Part shown: positions 9,296 to 19,506 of the stretch, piece after piece
Layout of the letters: each line of letters begins with the position of its first letter
Numbering within the stretch: position 1 is the stretch's first letter
DNA from: a virus
Taxonomy: Duplodnaviria > Caudoviricetes
Virus record (IMG/VR): IMGVR_UViG_3300029955_000001
Length of the DNA: 64,000 bases
Reading direction: 5' to 3' (one strand)
Notes under the pieces: model-generated
Databases searched by the model: none
Told to the model about the DNA's origin: nothing
Seen by the model: only the letters and a program-made list of their open reading frames with translations
Translations under genes and position numbers: made by a program

Positions 9296-11317
9296 ATGTT
9301 TGGCATAGGCGCAAAGTTGCGAAGAATGGTAGGTAGCATTAAGATACGGGCATCTGGCGATATTATAAAAATAGATGGTCTCCCAGCCGATGTTATTAAT
9401 AATAGTATTAAAGAATATTGGGAATCAAAACAGATCGGCACGTGGATGTTTAACACAATCACTAGCGATAGTTTAAGTTTCCATAGTTTCTTTCTACCTG
9501 ATTTCGCGTACGTCATTAACACGCTTATTTTAGAAAATAAAGGGCAGCGAAATATCCGTGCTTTAAGAAAACTGTATGCTGATCTATTTACGAATACTTG
9601 GTTAGGGGAAACCGTAAAAGACTATCCAAATATTTTAAATTTACATAATCTAAATAGATTGAATATAACTCTGCTTGATAAGCAGATGGAGTTTTTAAAA
9701 ACTTATAATGAGTTAGTGCCGAAGTGGAGACTGCAAGGTTTTGCTTTAGGTGCAAAACCTGGTGTGGGTAAGACCCTCTGTTGTGTTGCGTTGGGCGAAT
9801 GTTTAGATGCTGATGTTAAAATTTTCATTGTGCCTAAGAACGCAGTAAGAAGTGTGTGGGTAGATACTCTAAAAACACGTCTAGTGAAACCTCCTGAAGT
9901 ATGGGATTCCTTAATGGGAACACTCCCTCCAAAAGGTTTAAGCTATTATATTTTTCACTATGACGCTTTAGATAAAGCCATTGAATTTGCAAAGACTGCC
10001 CGTTGTAGTAAACCTTTTATTGCGTTAGATGAATCCCATAATTTTAATGAATGGACTTCTAATCGAACCCAAGCATTTATTAAGCTTTGCCAGATAACGA
10101 AATGTCAACATGTTGTTTGGTCATCCGGTACTTTAGTTAAAGCAATTGGTAAAGAAGTGATGCCTTTATTAACCACGATCGATGTAATGTTTACATCTGA
10201 TGTAGCAGAACGCTTTAAGAAAATTTATGGCATGAATGCTTCTCGCGCAGCAGATATTTTAAGACATCGTTTAGGACTTGTTACGTTTAAAGCTGAACGT
10301 GCTGACGACGTAGAAAAAGCAATTGAACGCGAAATAAAGATTAAGATTCCAAATGGAAACGATTATACATTAGAATCTATTCGCGTATTGATGTCAGATT
10401 ACATTAAGAAACAGTTAGCGTATTATCAGGCTAATATGGCTCAATTTACTAGGCATTATAATTATTGCTTGGATGTGTTTGAGAAAACACTAAAGACACC
10501 AGAACAACATCAAGAATTAAAGACTTATAAACGATATGTTAAACAGATTCAAAGAGAATATGATCCTGTCCTCATGAAAGAACAAGTGTTGTTTTGTAAT
10601 AAATACGAACTAACACAAATTGTTCCGGCTTTACAAAACGATTTAAAAAATGAGTTTAAGAATCTACGTTCTATTGTTAAATATTATTTCTTAAAAGTAC
10701 AAGGTGAAGCTTTAGGAAGAGTATTTGGTAAGATGCGGATGCAGTGTAATCTAGACATGGTAAAATATACCAAGATGGAAGACGTTATTGAAGCTGCTGT
10801 GAAGAAGACTTTAGTATTCACAAGTTATGTAGAAGTGGTGGATGAAACTTATAAATACCTTACTGATTTAGGTTTTAAACCACTACGTGTTTACGGTGCT
10901 ACAAATAACGATCTTACTAGCATTCTGAATGATTTCAAAAACGATCCAGATGCAAATCCTGTTATTGCAACGTTTCAATCATTATCTACCGCTGTGCCGA
11001 TGATTGAGGCTAATACAGAGATTTTTTTGAACAGTCCGTTTAGACCGCACGAACGCGAGCAAACCATAGCTCGCGTGGACCGGCGTGGGCAAGATACTCA
11101 ATGTAGAATTTTTGATTATTTTTTAGACACTGGAGATCAGCCAAATATTTCTACTCGTTCTAAAGATATCATGAAGATGGCTGAAGAAATGGTAGATGCA
11201 ATATTAGGTGGTCCAAATCCGCATCTATCTGATCATGTGGCTGCTGAAAGTTTAACGGACTATCTCGAAGGAGCAAATTCTGTTTCACTTGTTCCTCAAT
11301 ATGTAAACTGGACATAA
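9296..11317 (+). CDS. SF2 (SNF2/DEAD-like) helicase
   Basis: KPGVGKT motif I, LDESH motif II, QTIARVDRRGQ motif VI. Confidence 0.85.
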   Translation: MFGIGAKLRRMVGSIKIRASGDIIKIDGLPADVINNSIKEYWESKQIGTWMFNTITSDSLSFHSFFLPDFAYVINTLILENKGQRNIRALRKLYADLFTNTWLGETVKDYPNILNLHNLNRLNITLLDKQMEFLKTYNELVPKWRLQGFALGAKPGVGKTLCCVALGECLDADVKIFIVPKNAVRSVWVDTLKTRLVKPPEVWDSLMGTLPPKGLSYYIFHYDALDKAIEFAKTARCSKPFIALDESHNFNEWTSNRTQAFIKLCQITKCQHVVWSSGTLVKAIGKEVMPLLTTIDVMFTSDVAERFKKIYGMNASRAADILRHRLGLVTFKAERADDVEKAIEREIKIKIPNGNDYTLESIRVLMSDYIKKQLAYYQANMAQFTRHYNYCLDVFEKTLKTPEQHQELKTYKRYVKQIQREYDPVLMKEQVLFCNKYELTQIVPALQNDLKNEFKNLRSIVKYYFLKVQGEALGRVFGKMRMQCNLDMVKYTKMEDVIEAAVKKTLVFTSYVEVVDETYKYLTDLGFKPLRVYGATNNDLTSILNDFKNDPDANPVIATFQSLSTAVPMIEANTEIFLNSPFRPHEREQTIARVDRRGQDTQCRIFDYFLDTGDQPNISTRSKDIMKMAEEMVDAILGGPNPHLSDHVAAESLTDYLEGANSVSLVPQYVNWT

Positions 11318-11320
11318 ATC

Positions 11321-11626
11321 ATGCATAAGTTATTAGTTGATAATGCCGTAGAAGTATGTCGTAAACGAAAACAAGAAGGAGACTGTATAATTACTCCTTC
11401 TTTATCAATTGGTCTCTACGAAGAAGCAATAGTTACTATGGCGGCTGAACTAGAGGAACTACGTGATTCAAGCACTTTGCCAAAAGGATGGCGCTGGTTA
11501 GAACTAGGCGAAGAAACTAACTATGGAGATTTTTGTTGTGACCCACGTGCAGCGCCTGTTAGAATTACTGAAGGCACTTTGATTATGAATGAACGCAATC
11601 ACCCAGTTCGTAGAAGGAGTACATAA
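11321..11626 (+). CDS. Hypothetical protein
   Basis: Co-directional ORF, stop/start coupled to next gene. Confidence 0.6.
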   Translation: MHKLLVDNAVEVCRKRKQEGDCIITPSLSIGLYEEAIVTMAAELEELRDSSTLPKGWRWLELGEETNYGDFCCDPRAAPVRITEGTLIMNERNHPVRRRST

Positions 11627-11955
11627 TGAAAAAAGCAACAATAGCTCCAGCTTATGTTGCTTTATTTGCTGGATTGTCAGATGTGGCTCAGAAACACGGC
11701 TATGCTTTAGCTGCTCATGGAAGTTTAGTAACTGATTTTGATATTGTTGCTGTTCCATGGACACCAGGTGCTGTAAGTGCAGAAGAGTTAGTAACTGCTA
11801 TAGCAAAACATCTTACTGTCTGTTCTGAAAAAGTTCTACCAGGACTTTCAGAACCTGAAGTAAAGCCACATGGTCGTCTAGCATGGTTAATTCCTCTGAA
11901 GTGGGGCGCGATAGATATTAGTGTAATACCTAGAGTAATTGCGGAGTTGACATAA
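11626..11955 (+). CDS. Small phage protein with nucleotidyltransferase-like motif
   Basis: HGYALAAHGSLVTDFDIVAVPW (GS...DxD). Confidence 0.45.
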   Translation: MKKATIAPAYVALFAGLSDVAQKHGYALAAHGSLVTDFDIVAVPWTPGAVSAEELVTAIAKHLTVCSEKVLPGLSEPEVKPHGRLAWLIPLKWGAIDISVIPRVIAELT

Positions 11956-12309
11956 TGACTGACATTAAGTACTTTATACTTGTTAATATATTTCACAATA
12001 ACATAATAGACGCTATAAATAGTAGCATCGAATTAGGTAGTATTCTATTTATGTGTTTAAGTGTAAGAAGAATTCTTATTGATAAGCAAGTAAAAGGTGT
12101 TAGTATTTTTCAGCTACATGGGGATGGGTTATGGTGCGTGGTTTGCTTACTTTTGCGGTGCAGTAAACCAGCCAATATCTTACAGACTAAGTAGTTTTTA
12201 CGTACTAGTAAATCTAGTGTGGCTTGTGTTATTTTTCTGTTATAAGCCACAATCAAAATTTACTAAATACATATTGTCTTTGATAAAAATTAATCCTGCT
12301 AAGGAGTAA
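11955..12309 (+). pseudogene. PQ-loop-like small membrane protein split by a frameshift near 12105
   Basis: Frame 1 ends RILIDKQVKGVSIF; +1 frame continues hydrophobic FFSYMGMGYGAWFAYF...VNLVWLVL; T-run at the junction. Confidence 0.5.
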
Positions 12310-12315
12310 TAAAAA

Positions 12316-13257
12316 ATGAGTTTATTTAGGAAAGTTGTTAATGACGTGTGTACTGGCATAGATGGTGTTTCTGTAGACCCTGCCAGATTGATTGGTTATG
12401 GTTTTGTTCTTGTAGCTGCCAATGTTTGGTTAGGCGCTACTGTTTACGAGATTTGGAAAACTGGTCATTTTGATGGTACTAACTTTGCAATCAGCTTAGC
12501 GGGCGTTGCTACTGCGTTAATGGCCGCTGCTGGTGGAGTAGCCTTTAAGAGTTCTACGGAGCCTACAGCCGTTTCTACGCCATCTGTAACACCTCCAACT
12601 ACAGCTGCTACCACTCCTGCTAAACCTGATGCTGATTCGGACGATAATGTAGCGGCTGGTATTCCTGCGCCTAGTCCAGCCGCTACTACAACACCCTCAG
12701 GCGTACAAACAGGAATACTCAGTAATCCTTCAGGTATTGATAATACATTAATATCTAGTCCGACCGCTACTTCTCTTACAGCACAAACAGTTGACACTAG
12801 TCTTACTCTTCAAAATAGTGACGGTCAACAAAAAGCAGTATTAATCCCGCAATTTTCTTTTGCAAAAGATACAAATAAATCTGCTATTATTAATCCTTAT
12901 CCGCAAGACCTAAGAGAAGGAATAAGAGACACTAGCGAATCGTCAGATTCTGAACGTTTAATATACGCTAATCAAGTTCCGTTATTCTCTATTGTTTGGA
13001 CAACAGCCGGTAAACTAATAACAGCGGAAGATGTTGTTGAAACATCTACTCCTGTTCCATTGCCGGTTATCGGTGTAATTGATTTGGTGGATGATTCTGT
13101 TGCGTCGGTAATCACTAGTACTAGTTACCCTAAACCACGTCCCGTATTTCCACAAAGTAGATTAGTGACAGATAATAACGAAGTTACAGAAAAGCCACAT
13201 AAACGTCCTGTTATAAAAGGTGGTACTATTATACCAGATAAAGTTTTAAAGAAATAA
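12316..13257 (+). CDS. Holin-like two-TM N-terminus fused to a long Pro/Thr/Ser-rich tail
   Basis: TGIDGVSVDPARLIG...HFDGTNFAISLAGVATALMAAAGGVAFKSSTEP, then low-complexity region. Confidence 0.45.
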   Translation: MSLFRKVVNDVCTGIDGVSVDPARLIGYGFVLVAANVWLGATVYEIWKTGHFDGTNFAISLAGVATALMAAAGGVAFKSSTEPTAVSTPSVTPPTTAATTPAKPDADSDDNVAAGIPAPSPAATTTPSGVQTGILSNPSGIDNTLISSPTATSLTAQTVDTSLTLQNSDGQQKAVLIPQFSFAKDTNKSAIINPYPQDLREGIRDTSESSDSERLIYANQVPLFSIVWTTAGKLITAEDVVETSTPVPLPVIGVIDLVDDSVASVITSTSYPKPRPVFPQSRLVTDNNEVTEKPHKRPVIKGGTIIPDKVLKK

Positions 13258-13308
13258 CCCTAAATAATTTGATACGTTTATCAAACACTACAGTTATTGG
13301 AATATAAA

Positions 13309-14703
13309 ATGAGCGCACCTGACACCGCATTAGAAACTGAAAAAATCCCAATGGTAATTAAGATCGATAATTCGTTTAGCCCAGAACCACTGACAGAATT
13401 TGAAGGTGATGTTGCTTCTACTGGAGCAGAACAAGAAGAATTAACATACGACAAACAAGAAATATCTGTTGTTGCTGAATCGCTTTCAGTATACGCGGAT
13501 GAACTGGCACATTTGATTCAGTCGAAAACAGGTACTGCTGACACACTGAGTTTGATTCGTTTCGGTGCTCAGCAACAACTTAATCGTGTGGATTTCAGAT
13601 TACCATCTATTGGTTTGGAGAGCGCTGATCTTGATATATTTCAGCAACATCAAATAGTGTTAGAAGGTATTAAAGAGTTTCTTTCAAAACTAAGAGACTA
13701 CTCCAATAAAATCAGGAAACATTGGAAAGATATTCTGCAAGATACTTTCACAACAACGCAGGGTATGATTGGCAAGTACGAAAGTGTGTTGGCTACATCT
13801 AAACAGACTTTTGATTCCGCTAAAGATTCGTTTAAAGGACATGAACATACTGCTAGCTTAACAGAACTTTGGTATCACTTCTCTACTGGAAAAGGAGAAG
13901 TAAAAAATATCATTGAAGCAATCAAAAAAGATTTAGAATTATCTAAATATGTTCTTACTATCTATCCTGCGAAGATTATGCAAGTGCAAGATCGATTTAG
14001 TAATGCGTTTGCTGGTGCACAGGGTGTCGAGCCAACTACTGTAGCTGCAATTGCGAAAAAATTAGAAGCTGTTCCTGTGCCAGCTGATCTTTTTGATAAT
14101 CGTTTCTTAGAAGAAGGAAAGCCATATCTGAGTGTTACTGGTTTAGAAACAAAAACTGGGTCTGTACGTAATCCATTAAGTATCGGGGAAACTGGTAAAG
14201 CATTTGATAGGCTTGCTAGATTAGCATCAACAAAATATGTAATAGAAGCTGGTAGTCTGAAACATAGTGGAAAGAAAGTGTTACGGCAATTAGGCGGTGA
14301 ATTTGCTGGTGTTTCGATGGGTGCTGATGTTAAGTTAAGTACAAATGAAATTGGCATGGTGCTTAAGTTCGGTCAGCAATACATTAACAATGTCAAACAG
14401 TATCTGGGATTGATTTCAAACTTCAAGCCGTATGAAGGACATTTTTATACATGGTTAGATTCAATCATGTCTTCTGGTAATTATGAAAAATTATCTAATG
14501 AAGTTCAGGATCTGATCGATCAGTTTGAAATGGTAGATTTCAATATCTGGAGATGTTTCACTAGCCCAGCAAGATCTGAAATTGCTCGTTCGTTGAAAGG
14601 CGCTAAGTACTGTGCTTATCTTGCTCAACGAATGACTAAGCATGCGGGATCTACACCAACTCCAACGCCAGCTGTTGAACCAACTGAAACACCTACTGAA
14701 TAA
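13309..14703 (+). CDS. Putative internal head/virion protein
   Basis: Acidic N-terminal propeptide with ALE, VAE, GLE, VLE|GIKE candidate cleavage sites; PTPT tail. Confidence 0.55.
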   Translation: MSAPDTALETEKIPMVIKIDNSFSPEPLTEFEGDVASTGAEQEELTYDKQEISVVAESLSVYADELAHLIQSKTGTADTLSLIRFGAQQQLNRVDFRLPSIGLESADLDIFQQHQIVLEGIKEFLSKLRDYSNKIRKHWKDILQDTFTTTQGMIGKYESVLATSKQTFDSAKDSFKGHEHTASLTELWYHFSTGKGEVKNIIEAIKKDLELSKYVLTIYPAKIMQVQDRFSNAFAGAQGVEPTTVAAIAKKLEAVPVPADLFDNRFLEEGKPYLSVTGLETKTGSVRNPLSIGETGKAFDRLARLASTKYVIEAGSLKHSGKKVLRQLGGEFAGVSMGADVKLSTNEIGMVLKFGQQYINNVKQYLGLISNFKPYEGHFYTWLDSIMSSGNYEKLSNEVQDLIDQFEMVDFNIWRCFTSPARSEIARSLKGAKYCAYLAQRMTKHAGSTPTPTPAVEPTETPTE

Positions 14704-14716
14704 ACAAAAAAAATAG

Positions 14717-14752
14717 GTAAGTAGACGTGAGGGTTTTACCCTCACGTCTATA
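14717..14752. terminator. Bidirectional terminator at convergent junction
   Basis: TAGACGTGAGGG-TTTTA-CCCTCACGTCTA perfect stem. Confidence 0.8.
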
Positions 14753-14963
14753 TGCCGCTTACGATTAAGATTTGTTAGACGGCGTCTTAACCAAACCGGC
14801 GCGTTCAAGATTAACAATCTCTTGATATTCAGCATCCGCATTTATTTTGCGAGCAATAGATTGCAAAACTTCAAATGCAGCTACCGACAGGAACGTGGCC
14901 AAACATATTCCCGATACTTTTACCATTGCGTTCATGTTTTATTCCTATTTATGTTATTGGTTA

Positions 14964-15674
14964 TTAACGATATGCAACCGTGTGATATTGCGCTGGTGCG
15001 TACAACACGTGCGGCTGCGTATAAACAGTGCGTGCTGGTTGTGCTGCTCGATACCGATACATGACTCTCAGCGGCGTATAGCCAGGCCTATTGACATAAT
15101 AGACAGTAGGCTTTAGACCAAGTGGATCGCCGTCGCTGTATGTAGGAGCAGCAGGCTTTGCTTCCTGTTGTTCTTTCTGCTCCTGTGACGCTTCGTCAGG
15201 TGTTAGTTCTTCTTCACCCTTTGATAGAGATTCAGGGACAGTGACCGGCAACACTGTGTGATTATCAGACGCTGCTGGTTTTTCTTGTTGCGCTGGAACA
15301 GTTAGTTGTGGAGCTACGTTGTAAGGTTGGCCCCTGTAAGTATTCGGCGACACATACGCTTGCGGGGCAGGTAGGTATCGATAAACCGGCTGTTGTTGAG
15401 GTTGTTGAGCAACAGCCAATTGAGCTTTCAGGTGAGCAATCTTTTCCGCCTGAAAGGTTTCAATCGTGTGTGCCATTAGTTGCTGTTGTGCGGCTTGTTG
15501 GTGCGAAAGCATCTGTTGTTGCATTAGTGCTTTGTAGGCCGTCGCTTCATCGATTTCGTCAGCGCTAGCCCGCTGACAGAACGCAGCAATACCAACCACT
15601 ACGATCGCCACGGTAATGAATAGCTTCGCACAGGCTACATTCAGCGCGTGCAAGTCTTTAGAAATTACACTCAT
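14964..15674 (-). CDS. Secreted/membrane Gln/Pro-rich protein
   Basis: N-terminal hydrophobic segment, Q/P-rich linker. Confidence 0.6.
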   Translation of the reverse strand: MSVISKDLHALNVACAKLFITVAIVVVGIAAFCQRASADEIDEATAYKALMQQQMLSHQQAAQQQLMAHTIETFQAEKIAHLKAQLAVAQQPQQQPVYRYLPAPQAYVSPNTYRGQPYNVAPQLTVPAQQEKPAASDNHTVLPVTVPESLSKGEEELTPDEASQEQKEQQEAKPAAPTYSDGDPLGLKPTVYYVNRPGYTPLRVMYRYRAAQPARTVYTQPHVLYAPAQYHTVAYR

Positions 15675-15705
15675 GATATTTCTCCTGAATAATTAAAAAA
15701 TTGTA

Positions 15706-15990
15706 TTACGAATTTACCACTACACGATGAGCAGCCATCCATTCTTCTTTGCTGATGATTACTGTGCATTCGCAGCAACCAAAAGATAGCTTGGCAGCGA
15801 TTTCATCAGACCCAGCTACTGGCGAGACACCGATTAATTCAACGTAACCATCACGTTGCGTGTTCGTTGCCAACTGGAGTGCAATCTTTGTTAGCTTGTG
15901 TTCGACTTCTTGAAAATCCATCCACGTCAGGGTTTCATCAGCCAATGATTGCGTCCAACGCTGTGCCGCTACTTGATTCATCCTAAGCAT
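15706..15990 (-). CDS. Hypothetical protein
   Basis: AAGGAG SD upstream. Confidence 0.6.
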   Translation of the reverse strand: MLRMNQVAAQRWTQSLADETLTWMDFQEVEHKLTKIALQLATNTQRDGYVELIGVSPVAGSDEIAAKLSFGCCECTVIISKEEWMAAHRVVVNS

Positions 15991-16044
15991 TTAAATCTCC
16001 TTGAGTTGTCAATGTTCGAGATATATACTCAAACTCACCGAAGT

Positions 16045-16071
16045 TATATATGTCTGAAAAAATCTGGAATA
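16045..16071 (-). promoter_or_regulatory. Putative early (virion RNAP) promoter, copy 1
   Basis: TATTCCAGATTTTTTCAGACATATATA; same motif at 18531, 32729, 56262, 56336. Confidence 0.7.
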
Positions 16072-16083
16072 CAACTTTTATGT

Positions 16084-16902
16084 TTATAGACTATATTTGT
16101 AGCTTTTCGTTTGCGCCAAGGTAAATCCCATTTCCTTGGCTACTTCTAAACACATAGCTTGATTGCGAATATAACGTAGCGCGAAACTGTTTTCTGAAAC
16201 AGCAGCTAAACAAATTTCTTTTGTTTGAATTTTCGCATGTCTAAAAGTATGTACGTTAGCTTCAACAGCAATAGAACACATGTTTAATGTTTGCCTATCA
16301 ATGTATTCCAGTACGCTCGGTGCGTTTTCAATTGCTGTAAGACAAATCTCTTCAGTTTTATCCCTAACGTAACGGAATGAAGAGTAGTCCTTCGATAGAG
16401 CAAACATGATTAATTCTTTAGTCTGATCTTCGACATACTTCAAAGCATCTGGATTTTGATTTAAGGCTTCGTAACAAATCTTCTCAGTCTTATCCTTGAC
16501 ATGTTTTAGAAACAAACCATTTTGTCTAACTGCTTCCAGACATATTTCTTCTGTTTGGAATTCAGCATATAGGAAGGCGTGATAATCTGTCTGAACTGCT
16601 ATAAGACAAATCTTCTCCGTTTGTGTCTCTACAAATTCAATAGCGAGATAATTTTGTCTTATTGCTTTGATGCATTGTCTTTCAGTTTGGTCGACTACAA
16701 ACTCTAAAGCCAACCCATTTTGATGTAATGCCGTACTGATTATTTTTTTAGTTTTATGTTCAACAAATTCTAAAGCTAACCCGCATTCCTTAACAGCAAG
16801 CAAACATATATCTTCTGTTTGATTTTTAATACGCTGCAATATCATTCCGTTGTTAACAACAAGAAACATAGATTGTAAGTCGCTTACCATTTTTAAGAAC
16901 AT
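16084..16902 (-). CDS. DUF4116-like repeat protein
   Basis: Repeated QTEEICLEAVRQNGLxLxxV units. Confidence 0.8.
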   Translation of the reverse strand: MFLKMVSDLQSMFLVVNNGMILQRIKNQTEDICLLAVKECGLALEFVEHKTKKIISTALHQNGLALEFVVDQTERQCIKAIRQNYLAIEFVETQTEKICLIAVQTDYHAFLYAEFQTEEICLEAVRQNGLFLKHVKDKTEKICYEALNQNPDALKYVEDQTKELIMFALSKDYSSFRYVRDKTEEICLTAIENAPSVLEYIDRQTLNMCSIAVEANVHTFRHAKIQTKEICLAAVSENSFALRYIRNQAMCLEVAKEMGFTLAQTKSYKYSL

Positions 16903-17031
16903 TTAATTTCTCCTTTATGAAATTATAATTCAATATAAACAACATAAAACAATATTTATTTCACATACAAAACTAACATAGTCTGCATGTGAAATAAATA
17001 TCAGTACAGTGCAGATATCATAAATCGATAT

Positions 17032-17616
17032 CTACTCTTTTGGCGTGTCGATTACAATAGATTTACCTTTTACACCATAACGATACACATAAATGGTAAT
17101 TTTTTGTAATGTCACGACATAGTCAAATGTATAACCAGCAATGAGCTTTGAAAGTGCAACGTAAGCAGTGAGTTCGCTATTTAGTTTTTTATTACCACGT
17201 GCTAGTAAATTTGCATCAAAGTAACGCATGCTTTTTTGAAGCTGCTCAATGTTTAAACCTTCTCCACTAATTTGTGCGTTGTTAACAGAAGTAATTATGT
17301 TCGTAAGACTTAGTTCTAGATAACTATTAACATCCGTATAATCGAATATATCGAGGACTACTGTGCCAATGCAATTATTGTCAGTTAATGCATCCGATGT
17401 TTTAAATAATTGAATATCGACATGTTTTTCTCGCAATTGAAGCACGTAGGTAATAGACACACCTGATAAATAAGGGCGCGATGCTAGAACATCATCGATG
17501 AATTCCATAATTACACTTAACCGGTCAAGCGTTGTGTACTCAGTTAACACAGTACGTAGTAGCCACGTGCCTATTACACAAACATATGTAAGTGGTTTTA
17601 GTAAAGACATTTTCAT
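17032..17616 (-). CDS. Hypothetical protein
   Basis: AAGGAA SD before ATG at 17616. Confidence 0.6.
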   Translation of the reverse strand: MKMSLLKPLTYVCVIGTWLLRTVLTEYTTLDRLSVIMEFIDDVLASRPYLSGVSITYVLQLREKHVDIQLFKTSDALTDNNCIGTVVLDIFDYTDVNSYLELSLTNIITSVNNAQISGEGLNIEQLQKSMRYFDANLLARGNKKLNSELTAYVALSKLIAGYTFDYVVTLQKITIYVYRYGVKGKSIVIDTPKE

Positions 17617-17629
17617 CTGGTTTCCTTTT

Positions 17630-18034
17630 TTAATTAACAAGTTCAAAACGTTTAAATCTAATTAAAGAAATATCGTTATTGATATATTTTTTAAATGCAT
17701 ACCAACAGATACCATCTTTATCGTAAGCTTCGATATGTTTTAGTTTCGCTATAAATGCGTCGCCTAACGTGTGTATCGCATCCCCTAGTTTTTTTACTTC
17801 TTCTGATTGTTCAGTGTATGCGTATAATATTATTATTTCTGAAGCATACTCTTCGAGGCATGTATTAGCATCAGCCAAATCGGTGATGTAATCGAATATA
17901 GCTGGGACAAAGTCATGCCCAGCAAAATCATTACTAAACGATAGAGAGTTTAAAACATTGTCGAAATCCTTTATTAACTTCAATGTATCAAGAATGATTA
18001 AATCAGGATATTCGTTTATCTGGTCCATTTTCAA
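17630..18034 (-). CDS. Hypothetical protein, paralog family (with 32979 and 35091 ORFs)
   Basis: Shared LGxxxxxKxxxIxAYxxDGxxxY pattern. Confidence 0.6.
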   Translation of the reverse strand: MKMDQINEYPDLIILDTLKLIKDFDNVLNSLSFSNDFAGHDFVPAIFDYITDLADANTCLEEYASEIIILYAYTEQSEEVKKLGDAIHTLGDAFIAKLKHIEAYDKDGICWYAFKKYINNDISLIRFKRFELVN

Positions 18035-18047
18035 ATCTCTTATAAAA

Positions 18048-18482
18048 TTACACTTCGAATAATATTCTCCAAGCTTTTTTGTGACAAGCTAAACCTGCTG
18101 GCGTGAAACCGGGTTTATCTTGCTGCCAACAAGGAAAACATAAATACTGACGATAGTAGTTAGCCACTAAATCAACACCCAGCCCTCTTTGTCGATACGC
18201 TGGGTCAACTACTAAATCGCCGTAGAGGTATGCGCCTATAATCTTATTTTCTTTAAGCCGCATAATCGCGCCGGCGTTAACTGGTTCGGTGACAATATCG
18301 TATAATCCAAAAGCTTGTTTTTGTATAACGACATTAGAAATAACTGCAAGAGCTTCAGAGTCATCAGTAACTGCTTCAGCTAAAATTTGTTCTAATGTTT
18401 TTTCGAAACAAAGATCAATAGTAGGTACTCTTAAAACACTATCTGCGCCTGTCAAGAAATGAAGCAATGATATTTCTACCAT
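18048..18482 (-). CDS. GNAT-fold acetyltransferase-like protein
   Basis: LVVDPAYRQRGLGVDLV acetyl-CoA motif A. Confidence 0.65.
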   Translation of the reverse strand: MVEISLLHFLTGADSVLRVPTIDLCFEKTLEQILAEAVTDDSEALAVISNVVIQKQAFGLYDIVTEPVNAGAIMRLKENKIIGAYLYGDLVVDPAYRQRGLGVDLVANYYRQYLCFPCWQQDKPGFTPAGLACHKKAWRILFEV

Positions 18483-18530
18483 GATAGCTCTCCTTAATAA
18501 AGAAATGTAAATTACTATTATTTCAAAATT

Positions 18531-18556
18531 GTAATATATGTCTGAAATATTCTGTG
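18531..18556 (-). promoter_or_regulatory. Putative early promoter, copy 2
   Basis: CAGAATATTTCAGACATATATTAC contains the phiKZ early core TATATTAC. Confidence 0.7.
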
Positions 18557-18635
18557 ATAAAAAAAATAGTAACTATTAGGCTACTAATTTTTTTTATTTC
18601 AATTTAACGAGTATTCTCCGTGTTATGCTACTCAG

Positions 18636-19091
18636 TTAAATTGAAATAGGCAATTTACCGCTCAATATCCATGACACGATATCAACAGATAAGCAGTCTA
18701 TAATCTGTCGTGTAGCGCTCACAAAACGCTCGTTGTTAGCCGCTGATTTTGCTCGTAGATATTTCAGGTAATCTGGCGTGCTATAATGTCTGGTATGTGT
18801 TACTTGTTTACCACGATGTATTAACTCTATTAAAGATAATACATTAACTATCCCGTTAATAGTACGCGATATACAAAACCCCGTCGTAATACTACCTGGA
18901 TCTATTTTTACTTCTATTTCTTGTAATTGACAATCCTTTTGATCTAGATCAATTAATTGGATTACAAAAGGTTTTACCTTTATCACACGTGCTCTACCTC
19001 TTTCGAGTAATAAACGTGCTCTTTTACCAGTACACGGCATGAGTGGTAGTTTATTCTTATCGATTACAAATACAAATGGTTTACCTGACAT
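18636..19091 (-). pseudogene. iscB: Truncated IscB (PLMP/RRXRR + RuvC-I only) with unrelated C-terminal tail
   Basis: MSGKPFVFVIDKNKLPLMPCTGKRARLLLERGRA...KIDPGSITTG; breaks after LIELIHRGKQV, so no bridge helix or HNH. Confidence 0.85.
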
Positions 19092-19328
19092 AATAATCTT
19101 TCTGTGATTTACATCACTGGTTACATTCCCCTCGACAATGTTAAAATAGCTTTTTACGTTATACACATTATCCCTTACTCTTAGGATTGTTTAATGTATA
19201 ACGACAGAGCTACAGACTGAGGAAGCATCTGTAGGTATCATGACTAAAATAACGTAGTACAATTAAGTACTGAGTCTGGTCAACTTAATACCTTACGGTA
19301 TCATCCTTTTAGGGATGGAGTAATTGAC
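19092..19328 (-). ncRNA. IscB omegaRNA (HEARO-like) scaffold
   Basis: GTCAA..CCATCCCTAAAAGGATG..GTTGACCAGACTCAG..CTACGTT..GATGCTTCCTCAGTC..TTAAACA..AACATTGTCGAGGGGAATGTAACC directly upstream of iscB. Confidence 0.85.
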
Positions 19329-19495
19329 AGTTCTTGAGAATCTTCAGGTGCGTATGAAAATGCGCGTTTTTCAATAACGACTAATTTATAAATAAAATTT
19401 GTTACGTCGTCTTTATGTTTAAGTAAAAGTGCTTTTTCTTTTATTTGTTTAATAACATCTAGTATATTGCGCCCTATTATTTTTTCATCGCTCAC
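19301..19495 (-). CDS. Hypothetical protein whose 3' end and stop are supplied by the IscB element end
   Basis: AAGGAG SD; ends ...SITPSLKG* inside the omegaRNA hairpin. Confidence 0.55.
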   Translation of the reverse strand: MSDEKIIGRNILDVIKQIKEKALLLKHKDDVTNFIYKLVVIEKRAFSYAPEDSQELSITPSLKG

Positions 19496-19506
19496 AATTT
19501 TCTCCT

